Source: Octopus bimaculoides
Lineage: Eukaryota
Assembly: GCF_001194135.2 (NCBI RefSeq)
Contig: NC_068992.1
Location: 9,816,647 to 9,880,646, forward strand
Direction: 5' to 3'
Length of the DNA: 64,000 nucleotides
A program made the translations under genes and the position numbers. Shown here piece after piece: positions 22,901 to 32,267 of this stretch. The notes under the pieces were generated by a model that had not been told where the DNA came from, searched no databases, and worked only from the letters and a program-made list of their open reading frames with translations. Each line of letters opens with the position of its first letter. Positions within the stretch are counted from its first letter, which is position 1.

Positions 22901-25900
22901 AATTTAATCTTCCACCAAACCTTGGTCATAATTTATGTTTCTAACAAAGTTATTTTACTAAATTCTTTGTTATATTTAAAACAATTGAAAGATACAAAGC
23001 ATCTCGACAGAAATATGGTAGCAAAAGGGGGTTAAGTGATACAAATGAATGCAAATAAAAAATCAGATTTTAAAATAAATCAATTTTATAAGAGACAGCT
23101 TAAAAGAGATGGTAGACACAGGTTGTATGTATATACCTTCAGTTACATGGTTTTTATTTAGAGCAGAGTGCAAGAGGGAGAAGAGAAAGAAAGAGGGAGA
23201 AGATGAAAAAAAGAAAAAGATATACAGAGGGACACAGGAAAAAGATTAGCTACAGAGAAAAATTCTCAGAGTGGAAGAATTCAGAAAACGGCCAATGCTA
23301 ACATACCTTATCTCCTTCAGCAACTTCACAAATAACATCTCCATTGGCTGGGTTCAAAGTTTGAAATGTTTTGCCACTGACAGAATTCACAAATTCGTTG
23401 TTTATAAAAATCTTCAAAATAAAAAAAAAATAAATAAATAAAGAGGAATTACTGAAACCGATCTCAGTTTTGTATACAAAAATTTTTACATATTTGTAAA
23501 AGCTCTATTTTTAATGGTTATTTCACTTAAAGATTTAATTCTTTGTGTTTTCCAGAATTCAGAAGTATTAAANNNNNNNNNNNNNNNNNNNNNNNNNNNN
23601 NNNNNNNNNNNNNNNNNNNNNNNNNNNNNNNNNNNNNNNNNNNNNNNNNNNNNNNNNNNNNNNNNNNNNNNNNNNNNNNNNNNNNNNNNNNNNNNNNNNN
23701 NNNNNNNNNNNNNNNNNNNNNNNNNNNNNNNNNNNNNNNNNNNNNNNNNNNNNNNNNNNNNNNNNNNNNNNNNNNNNNNNNNNNNNNNNNNNNNNNNNNN
23801 NNNNNNNNNNNNNNNNNNNNNNNNNNNNNNNNNNNNNNNNNNNNNNNNNNNNNNNNNNNNNNNNNNNNNNNNNNNNNNNNNNNNNNNNAAAAAAAAAAAT
23901 CAAGTACCTGTCACTTAACTGTTCCAAACTCGGCGCTTCTTTAGAAGCTCACCTCGCCAAGAAAATGACGACTAATTTCTAAAAAAAAAAAATATGGAAA
24001 TGGGAAATATACCCAAAATAAATGAAGTATGCAAAAAATTAGGAAGATTAATTTAGTTTTAAATATTTTATACTAAAAAATAAAACACGGAAAACGGGAA
24101 TTCACGAATATAAATAAACATGTCAGACGATGGATCATATATTATTAATGATATAAGGGGCCCGACAATAACGTTTGCAAATTCTTGATAATTTTTAATC
24201 CGAATTTAATCCGCACACTGCTTAGTGTTAGGGTTAGAGATAAGGTAAGTTTTAGGTAGTGTGGACTCGCTTTACCTTCGCCCATTTTATGATGTGAGAT
24301 TTCTCGTTCAGGCACAAAATTTGACATATATTTGGGATCTTTCTGATTTGGCGGTCGCCACTTTTATGTATGTTTTATTTCGTGTGTTTTCTACCGAAAC
24401 ACTTTAAAACTTCGTATACTTATATATTTTGTCTTATAAAACAGAGAAAAAATTTTATAATCGAAGTTATGGATCTATTTTAAAACGGGGGCCACATTTT
24501 TCATTAATGTTTTACGTATTGTTTTTGGTACGGAAAGACTTTCAAACTTCGTATACTTATCTATTTTGTGTTATAGAACAGAAAAATATTTTTGTATTCG
24601 AATTTATTTCATGTAAAAAATTGTCTTATTTCGATAATTTCAACCAATCACTGACAAGTATTCAGTTGTTTATATTTACTCCTTTGGCTGATTAAGCGAT
24701 GTAAAGCGTATTTAATCTCTATACCTTCGTTTTATTTGCTTTTTTCATTTTAAATTTGCTTTNNNNNNNNNNNNNNNNNNNNNNNNNNNNNNNNNNNNNN
24801 NNNNNNNNNNNNNNNNNNNNNNNNNNNNNNNNNNNNNNNNNNNNNNNNNNNNNNNNNNNNNNNNNNNNNNNNNNNNNNNNNNNNNNNNNNNNNNNNNNNN
24901 NNNNNNNNNNNNNNNNNNNNNNNNNNNNNNNNNNNNNNNNNNNNNNNNNNNNNNNNNNNNNNNNNNNNNNNNNNNNNNNNNNNNNNNNNNNNNNNNNNNN
25001 NNNNNNNNNNNNNNNNNNNNNNNNNNNNNNNNNNNNNNNNNNNNNNNNNNNNNNNNNNNNNNNNNNNNNNNNNNNNNNNNNNNNNNNNNNNNNNNNNNNN
25101 NNNNNNNNNNNNNNNNNNNNNNNNNNNNNNNNNNNNNNNNNNNNNNNNNNNNNNNNNNNNNNNNNNNNNNNNNNNNNNNNNNNNNNNNNNNNNNNNNNNN
25201 NNNNNNNNNNNNNNNNNNNNNNNNNNNNNNNNNNNNNNNNNNNNNNNNNNNNNNNNNNNNNNNNNNNNNNNNNNNNNNNNNNNNNNNNNNNNNNNNNNNN
25301 NNNNNNNNNNNNNNNNNNNNNNNNNNNNNNNNNNNNNNNNNNNNNNNNNNNNNNNNNNNNNNNNNNNNNNNNNNNNNNNNNNNNNNNNNNNNNNNNNNNN
25401 NNNNNNNNNNNNNNTATTTGTAACTTTTTTTAAACAAGTAAGCGTCATTTTCTTGGAGAGGTGCGCTTCTAAAAGAGCGCCCTAAACTCTCAACTTCAGC
25501 AATTATGCTAATCAATTTTTACTCCTAAAGATGATGCGACAAGATGAAGAGGCAACGCTTGAAATGTAATGATTTCATACAGGTTGGGAGAAAATACGAG
25601 AAATCAGAAATTACTCACTTTACCCCGGTTACTAATTCTGCCCCACCCCCAACTTGAATGATGTTTGACGGTCACAGAACTTTTTGCTTAGGAGGTGGGG
25701 AAGGCAAGTTTCAATATTGGTCTACTTTTGGTGGTTTAGAATTTTCGTTTTACATTGTTATGAGAAAAGAGAAATTACTAGAACATTGTTATTATTCAAT
25801 ACTGTTGTCCTTTAAATACTGTAACAAAGTCACTCATGACTAAAAAACCAAAATCCAACATACGCTAGAAATAGCAACCAAATCTCAAGGTTCACTGTAG

Positions 25901-27141
25901 TCTTTAAACGTACGGCGGAGTAGGACGATGGACATAGAGCTATACGGTAAACTTTGATATTTTTGGTCTTAGTGAAAATCGTAAGGATAAAAGTACTAAA
26001 ATTTATCAGATAGGTATATTATTTAAGTGTCGGACTGAAAACAATTAATACAGAAAGATTGCTACGATAATAGAATTTTAAGAAAGTTGGGGGAGTGAAT
26101 GAAATGTTCTTACAATCTTTGGTCCTGTATAATGTAAGAATTTTTTGCTTTTAATATGTTTTATAATTTTATTTTCGTTTTAATCTAACACCAAAATAGG
26201 ATTCAACCTTAATATAGGTTATTCTTAGGTCTGAAAACATACCAACACAATGTTGGAAGGAAGTTTGTTTCCGTTAACATAGGTGGGGAGTGTTTTTGTT
26301 TGTCTTCTGTGAAAAAAAAGTTTGGAGAGAGTCATTTTGTTTTAATAACTTATTAACACACTCACCGGTTCCATTTACACTTTTTGTCCCTAAAATTTTC
26401 GTTGCTTCTCGCAACCTTTGAAGCAACGAAAATTTTTTTTAAAAAAGTAAAGGAGCAGAAATGGAACCGGTGAGTGTTAATTAATAAGGCATTAACACAG
26501 AATGACTCTCCAGCCACTACAAAGTATGCTACAACAAGCGAATTCACAAAAAGAATCTTGCAAATCAAATACAAAAACGAAATACACACAAACACATATT
26601 CAGGGATATACCGTATTTTAACAAGGACACCCCCCTAATTGGGGGAGCTTAAAAATTTGGAAAAAAGGAGGCATAACTATTAATTTTCCTGGAAGTTAAG
26701 AACAATTTAAGTCTATTCTGTTGGAATTTCCGAAAATTGTCCCCCACCCCCATTCCAAATTTTTGTATATTCGGATTCTACATAGTAAATACTATATGCA
26801 TAGAACATTTCATTAAAAAATATTCATTTTTCTGAAAGTTATGACCTCCCAAAGTCTGGTGGGTAAAACCCTGTAGTTATGCCAAAAAGGCATACTATTC
26901 ATGTATTCAATAATACTATTCATGTATAAGAAACTCCAATATTTTTAACGTAATTTTTGACAAAAAAACGAGTTCCTTACACACGTTAAAATACAGAATA
27001 TGCTAAAAGTTTTACCTTAGACTGAGCGATGTCAGGGTTCGTTATAGGAGCTGGTATCCCCGCGTAACCAGCTTTGGATGATAGCATATACCACCGTAAA
27101 GGACAACGCGAAATGCTGCGCCAGGTTGATATTGAGAGCAT
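8940..27141 (-). CDS. ALDH2: Mitochondrial aldehyde dehydrogenase (ALDH2 type), 14 coding exons, 1566 nt, 521 aa
   Basis: Exons 27016-27141, 23307-23411, 21611-21751, 19431-19510, 18061-18110, 16940-17001, 15433-15561, 14934-15047, 14472-14574, 12719-12903, 11155-11319, 10574-10731, 10077-10191, 8940-8972. All introns are GT-AG and phases are consistent. Arg/Ser-rich acid-free presequence, [25 protein letters not shown] (catalytic Glu), [12 protein letters not shown] (catalytic Cys), YTEVKTVT..PQKNS*. Confidence 0.95.
10077..10191 (-). CDS. ALDH2: ALDH2 exon 13
   Basis: [38 protein letters not shown], 115 nt. Confidence 0.95.
10574..10731 (-). CDS. ALDH2: ALDH2 exon 12
   Basis: [11 protein letters not shown]...[27 protein letters not shown](W), 158 nt. 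Confidence 0.95.
11155..11319 (-). CDS. ALDH2: ALDH2 exon 11
   Basis: [27 protein letters not shown]...[21 protein letters not shown], 165 nt. Confidence 0.95.
11660..11735 (+). mobile_element. Left half of a hAT-type MITE
   Basis: CAGTGGTTCCCA... similar to the first ~90 nt of the complete element at 14077. Confidence 0.65.
11790..12290 (+). mobile_element. Helitron Rep/Hel PIF1-type helicase fragment (ALDH2 intron 10, antisense)
   Basis: [22 protein letters not shown], then ERAILAPKN...LPGE.FTYDSID...[19 protein letters not shown], typical Helitron helicase C-terminal motifs; truncated and frameshifted. Confidence 0.85.
12486..12688. mobile_element. piggyBac-type MITE (CCCTTT...AAAGGG ends)
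   Basis: CCCTTTAACATT / AATGCTAAAAGGG ends; same family as 52593-52776. Confidence 0.65.
12719..12903 (-). CDS. ALDH2: ALDH2 exon 10 (catalytic Cys)
   Basis: (M)[29 protein letters not shown]...DQGPQ, 185 nt. Confidence 0.95.
13060..13500 (+). mobile_element. Two tandem degenerate copies of an interspersed repeat
   Basis: Shared motifs ttgac(c/a)tgc...aaatcacaccc...gtccta...ggctaaa; related pieces near 6880-7100 and 43270-43420. Confidence 0.5.
14077..14283. mobile_element. hAT-type MITE with 8-bp TSD
   Basis: CAGTGGTTTCCAACC / GGTTGGGAACCACTG ends; a second partial right TIR at 14271-14283; GCTTAGAT duplicated at 14069-14076 and 14284-14291. Confidence 0.8.
14472..14574 (-). CDS. ALDH2: ALDH2 exon 9
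   Basis: [34 protein letters not shown], 103 nt. Confidence 0.95.
14934..15047 (-). CDS. ALDH2: ALDH2 exon 8
   Basis: [38 protein letters not shown], 114 nt. Confidence 0.95.
15433..15561 (-). CDS. ALDH2: ALDH2 exon 7
   Basis: [43 protein letters not shown], 129 nt. Confidence 0.95.
16420..16760 (+). mobile_element. Interspersed repeat family C (RTE-tail-like, CTGGATGCCCTTCC motif)
   Basis: CATCATTTAATGTCC...CTGGATGCTCTTCC...CCAACCACTTTACAGA. Further copies near 9235, 13660, 16120, 20150, 21200(-), 29480, 42000, 59100-59750(-) and 61170. Confidence 0.6.
16940..17001 (-). CDS. ALDH2: ALDH2 exon 6
   Basis: (R)[20 protein letters not shown], 62 nt. Confidence 0.95.
18061..18110 (-). CDS. ALDH2: ALDH2 exon 5
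   Basis: [16 protein letters not shown], 50 nt. Confidence 0.95.
19431..19510 (-). CDS. ALDH2: ALDH2 exon 4
   Basis: [26 protein letters not shown](R), 80 nt. Confidence 0.95.
19659..19945 (+). mobile_element. tRNA-derived SINE family A head with (TA)n/(TG)n microsatellite
   Basis: GGAGTGGCTATGTGGTAAG...B-box GGTTCAGTCCC...GGCACCTTGGGCAAGTGTCTTCTACTATAGCC; microsatellite at 19816-19945. Confidence 0.85.
21611..21751 (-). CDS. ALDH2: ALDH2 exon 3
   Basis: [29 protein letters not shown]...RDKNYIA, 141 nt. Confidence 0.95.
22828..23031. mobile_element. piggyBac-type MITE flanked by TTAA
   Basis: TTAA|CCCTTT ... AAAAGGGGG|TTAA. Confidence 0.7.
23307..23411 (-). CDS. ALDH2: ALDH2 exon 2
   Basis: [35 protein letters not shown], 105 nt. 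Confidence 0.95.
23573..23888. other. Assembly gap (N run)
   Basis: N characters. Confidence 1.
23932..25481. mobile_element. DNA transposon with 39-bp GG-starting TIRs and an 8-bp TSD (Merlin- or MULE-like); interior partly gapped
   Basis: TIRs 23932-23970 and 25443-25481 match at 35/39; flanks CCAAACTC (23924-23931) and CTAAACTC (25482-25489). Confidence 0.75.
24763..25414. other. Assembly gap (N run)
   Basis: N characters. Confidence 1.
26358..26477. repeat. 120-bp nested hairpin (miniature foldback/MITE)
   Basis: 19-bp perfect outer IR (26358-26376 / 26459-26477) enclosing a 17-bp perfect inner IR (26392-26408 / 26420-26436) with an 11-nt loop. Confidence 0.9.
27016..27141 (-). CDS. 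ALDH2: ALDH2 exon 1 (mitochondrial presequence)
   Basis: [42 protein letters not shown]; GCCATC-ATG context; donor GTAAAA. Confidence 0.85.
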
Positions 27142-27839
27142 GATGGCGTTACTGAGACTTGAAAGCAGAAGGAAAAGATTTAATTCTGGACATACATATA
27201 TATAGAGAGGTGTGTGTGTTTTAATTGATTGGCAGACAAGAAATGTGTCGAAGGAGGAAAACAATTAAAAGAAAGGGGAGGCTGGAGGAAAGATAAAGAG
27301 AGTCTGGTATTGAACGAGTAAAGGTTGAAATAGAAGGAGGAGATAGAGAGGAATGGATGGAGAAGAAAAGGACGAATGAGATGATGGGAGGGGGTATTAG
27401 TGGGAGGAGTTACACAGGGTTTGTTTATCAAAAGCGTTTCGTTTGAGGCTATTTACACTGAAAACACACTAGAAATTTGTAGCTTGATCGACTCGACCTG
27501 ACACCCGAAGCTACCCAGCCGTGACACTCCCGTCGTTTTAGCAATATTTAGCACCAAATGAGATACTTAGTGCTGCATTGATGTTTTTTTTTTTTTTTTT
27601 ACCTTTCTCCTTTAAAAAAATTTTTTTGTGGACATTGAAATTAGACACTGAGGGAAAATGGGTGTAACTTTTTTATTTTTAAATTTTGACGATGTTTGTT
27701 TTCGATAATGTGTTCTATATGTCACGGTCATGCGATTCCCCCTAAAAAGATTTTGGACCACCCCCTCCCCTCCCCCATTGTTCTACATGTTCAGGTCGTA
27801 CGAATAGCCTTCTCGCAACTTAGATGTGAAAATGAACGG

Positions 27840-28698
27840 NNNNNNNNNNNNNNNNNNNNNNNNNNNNNNNNNNNNNNNNNNNNNNNNNNNNNNNNNNNNN
27901 NNNNNNNNNNNNNNNNNNNNNNNNNNNNNNNNNNNNNNNNNNNNNNNNNNNNNNNNNNNNNNNNNNNNNNNNNNNNNNNNNNNNNNNNNNNNNNNNNNNN
28001 NNNNNNNNNNNNNNNNNNNNNNNNNNNNNNNNNNNNNNNNNNNNNNNNNNNNNNNNNNNNNNNNNNNNNNNNNNNNNNNNNNNNNNNNNNNNNNNNNNNN
28101 NNNNNNNNNNNNNNNNNNNNNNNNNNNNNNNNNNNNNNNNNNNNNNNNNNNNNNNNNNNNNNNNNNNNNNNNNNNNNNNNNNNNNNNNNNNNNNNNNNNN
28201 NNNNNNNNNNNNNNNNNNNNNNNNNNNNNNNNNNNNNNNNNNNNNNNNNNNNNNNNNNNNNNNNNNNNNNNNNNNNNNNNNNNNNNNNNNNNNNNNNNNN
28301 NNNNNNNNNNNNNNNNNNNNNNNNNNNNNNNNNNNNNNNNNNNNNNNNNNNNNNNNNNNNNNNNNNNNNNNNNNNNNNNNNNNNNNNNNNNNNNNNNNNN
28401 NNNNNNNNNNNNNNNNNNNNNNNNNNNNNNNNNNNNNNNNNNNNNNNNNNNNNNNNNNNNNNNNNNNNNNNNNNNNNNNNNNNNNNNNNNNNNNNNNNNN
28501 NNNNNNNNNNNNNNNNNNNNNNNNNNNNNNNNNNNNNNNNNNNNNNNNNNNNNNNNNNNNNNNNNNNNNNNNNNNNNNNNNNNNNNNNNNNNNNNNNNNN
28601 NNNNNNNNNNNNNNNNNNNNNNNNNNNNNNNNNNNNNNNNNNNNNNNNNNNNNNNNNNNNNNNNNNNNNNNNNNNNNNNNNNNNNNNNNNNNNNNNNN
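27840..28698. other. Assembly gap (N run)
   Basis: N characters. Confidence 1.
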
Positions 28699-28917
28699 AG
28701 CCATTTAAAATAACACACAAAATCCGTTAGATTCACTTCAACATTTAAATTTAATTTGTCAAAATATTTTCGTTGCTTTGAGACCGCGACCTGTTCACTG
28801 ACCACAGAATTTTGTCAGTGAACAGGTCGCGGTCTCAAAGCGACGAAAATATTTTGACAAATTAAATTTAAATGTTGAAGTGAATCTAACGGATTTTGTG
28901 TGTTATTTTAAATGGCT
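28699..28917. repeat. Long near-perfect palindrome (foldback element)
   Basis: 104-bp arms (28699-28802 / 28814-28917) with one mismatch and an 11-nt loop; the left arm runs into the gap. Confidence 0.92.
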
Positions 28918-30049
28918 TATAAACACCTTCCACGCTGCAATTGTTTTCGTTCCAGCACACGATCTCAGATCAGGTCACTTGCTATGCAAGTACATCTCCG
29001 TAGTTCCTTTTCATGTTTTGAATAAAGCTTATCACTTTAACCAGTGCCCGCAACTGTTTTGCTGCGACATATTAGTGTACGACGAGACGATGCTAGGTGT
29101 GTCACTGTGTAACCTGAATAATTTTTTTTTTTTTTCTATACTTTTTAATTTATAGTTTCAGTTCAGGTGTGCCACTGAATTTTGAAAAGAATATGTGTAC
29201 CACTAGTGAAAAATGGTTGCAGAGCACTGCTTTAGCACTAGATTGTTCAATCTGTTGAAGAAGTTTTACTGAAAATAGCAGACTACCTAAGTGAGCTCCA
29301 CTTTAGATTTCGTTTCCCCATAACTTTCAAAATAGAATTTGTAATGAAATTTTCTACAAATGCTTATGAGATATAGGTTCCGGTTGTATCAGAATTTGAT
29401 ATGTAGGGGGAAAAGAACAAAATTGGTGGCCGTGTACACATACACGATCAACATGAATAGCTCAGTTCTTATTTGGATCTGCTGCTCTCCAAGATGGACC
29501 AAAAACCACTTCTCACATCTATGTTCCGTTTTGACACAGTTTCTATGGCTGAATGCCCTTCCTGCCACTAACCACTTTACAGAGTGTACTGGGTGCATAT
29601 TTTTATGATTCCATCACTCAAGATGTTGAATAGTTTTCAGTAAGACAGGACCTCGTAACACTTAACTTTCTCTGCCCATACAACCAACCACACACACTAT
29701 TTTCTTTTTAATTAGTTGATCACCTTGACATAGTTGTTCAACCCTCAGAGTTCTTGCCCACAGTACCTTTGCTACCCAATTCAATCATAATGATCTCCTT
29801 TGCCACTGTTGTCAATATTAATCCTGTGTCTTCATTCAGTCGACAGATCCACTTTCAGACAACCTAAAACATGGTCAGGTGGTTGGAGAGTCTTTTATGT
29901 CCCTCTTCTTAAACATCCAAATCAATTGAGTCACTTCTCACTGGTTTTCTATGGTAATGCTGTGTTATGTAGAGTTGAGTAGCAGACCCCAATCTTTTCT
30001 TTTACTTGTGTTGTTTAGACTTAAAAGAAATATTTAAAATGTGTGTGTT

Positions 30050-30420
30050 ATAATTTTTCAAGGTGATATGGGACTGACAAGTCTGTTCTTGTACAGATTT
30101 TCAGTGTTATGTGCTCATATGAAGCTCAACCAGCATTCTTGAGATCACCCCTTACTATTCTTGGTTATTTCCACTTGGTTAGCCATCATTAGTACATATC
30201 AGACAACTGTGTCTTCAGTTATTATAGCTGATGCTTCTGATGACTAGTTCCTCGCTCAGAACAGTTGTGCTTCATCGTTCATGCATTCAAGCAACACATA
30301 TCCAGTAGAGCATTTCACTTGCTTATTTCCCAGTCTTCCTCTATTCAATGGCCATATCGTATTACTATGCAAAACTACACTTGACATACAAGTGCTATAT
30401 AATCTGGCCTTCACTCAGAG
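30050..30420 (-). mobile_element. RTE-clade LINE 3' relic
   Basis: Minus strand reads SLRVKARLYSTC...TIWP... and ...RIVRGDLK...ITLKICTRTDLSVPYHLE with stops; a second copy of the terminal part at ~31590-31650 reads ITLKICLRTDSSVPYHLD. Confidence 0.55.
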
Positions 30421-31004
30421 AGAAAGAGAGAGTGAGTGAGAGAGAGAGAGAGAGACTCTTTGTTGCTAGCAGAAGTAATTGTACTTTGGACTTTTTCTCA
30501 CCACTTTATTCTGATTGCAATGTTTTCACCACAACCCTGTCTACTATTTATTAGGATACCTGGGTAACAAGCTGTCAAATACTTGTTGTGGGGGTGATTC
30601 TGATAGTGGCCGGGGTAGGGCTTTGAGAATTATAAACATGGCAGACTAACTGTTGCTTTTAACACTTCACTCCTAAATAAAAAGTTCATGTTAATACCAG
30701 AAATAATAGTAAATGTGTAACTAAATATAGGACTGGTCTTTTTCTGCAAGTCATACTACTTCAAAAAATATCACATCACAACAAAAAAGTAGTTTTAAAC
30801 ATGGTATTTCTCAACAAAAGATCGACTGGCATAGAAAACTGCTTTCCACAGTAAGTGATCAAATTTGGAGTGGACACCGTGGACTTATACAGTAAAAGAG
30901 TTCATAAAATAAAAATGGTTTTATTTTCGGTTAATCCTGTTCTTGCCATATTTCTCTTGATATTACACTGCCTTTGTTTCTATTAATTTTAAAGATAATA
31001 CTCT

Positions 31005-31258
31005 CTTTTACTTGTTTCAGTCATTTGACTGCAGCCATGCTGGAGCAAATCGACCCCAGGACTTATTCTTTGTAAGCCTAGTACTTATTCTATCAGACTC
31101 TTTTTGCCGAACTGCTAAGTTACGGGGACGTAAACACACCAGCATCGGTTGTCAAGCGATGGTGGGGGGACAAACACATATATATATATATACATATATA
31201 CGACGGGCTTCTTTCAGTTTCCGTCTACCAAATCCACTCACAAGGCTTTGGTCGGCCC
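31005..31258 (-). mobile_element. SINE family A, 5'-truncated
   Basis: High similarity to 45362-46015 and 54715-55085. Confidence 0.85.
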
Positions 31259-32267
31259 AACATTGACACCAGTGTGCAGCTGATATTTTATCAATTCTGA
31301 AAGTATGAAAAGCAAAGCTGACTTTGGTGGGATTTGAACTCAAAATGTGAAGAACCAGTGATGTTGTTAAGCAGTTTTTCTGATTTGCTAGCAATTTTGC
31401 CAGCTCAACACCTTTCTTCTTTTTATGATGCAAACCTCGTTTTAAAGTCATCTAAATTTAAAATCTGCCACCAAAATTTCATGCCATGTTCTAAGCACCA
31501 GCTTAATAACAACCAAACTATTTTACTAAATTCTTCATTATTTCAAGAATTAACTGAAGCAAAGTTAGAATAGAGTTTAAACTTTTCTCATCAAGGTGGT
31601 ATGGAACCGACGAGTCTGTTCTGAGACAGATCTTCAGTGTTATGCATTTATTCCAGTTGTTTTTTCTTCTTAAGATGGCAATTTATTTTTTCCTCTACTT
31701 TTCATTCTTCATAGTGGACCTGGATCCTCTTCTCAAACTACAGAGTGAGGTAACATTTCTGATTGCAAGATATCCTTTGGCAAATTTTAATTGTAACTTA
31801 TTTAATCAGCAGTAAAATATTATCCTCATCACCATCATTAATATATAATCTTTTTAATTAATATTAGCAGGATGCTGTGGTAATTAGATCTCATCTTCTT
31901 CAACCAGTTATTCCTGAGAGGGTCATGAGGTCAACCTGAGGCTACAGTAGAAGACACTTGTCCAAGGTATCACGCAGTGGGACTGAACCTGGAACCATGC
32001 GGTTAGGAAGCAAACTGATATTTTTCTCTCCATTCAATGGAGACATAGAGAAACTCCATCAAAAACTAGCTCGTCTGATATTTTTCTAACTTTGGCACAG
32101 AGCCACAAATTTGGTGAGGAGATGGAGTATAGAAAGGCAGGTGGTTTATTTGACCAACTTCTGGAAACATGAGAGCAAAGGTGCTCCCATCAGGATTTGA
32201 ATTCAGAAAGGATCCAGATGTTTTACTCTGGACTACAATGTCTGCCATCCATCATACTGTTATGGCT

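Noticed and set aside
24222-24260. TTAGGG-like run (GTGTTAGGGTTAGAGATAAGG)
   Set aside because: Only one exact unit, inside a transposon interior; not an interstitial telomere.
8940-27141. Calling the ALDH gene Omega-crystallin
   Set aside because: It has a mitochondrial-type presequence, the CCC catalytic loop and ALDH2-like exon sizes; ALDH2 is the better call.
23514-28805. Long ORFs in the track made of X residues (also at 44034-46063 and 58302-58851)
   Set aside because: Artefacts of translating N gaps.
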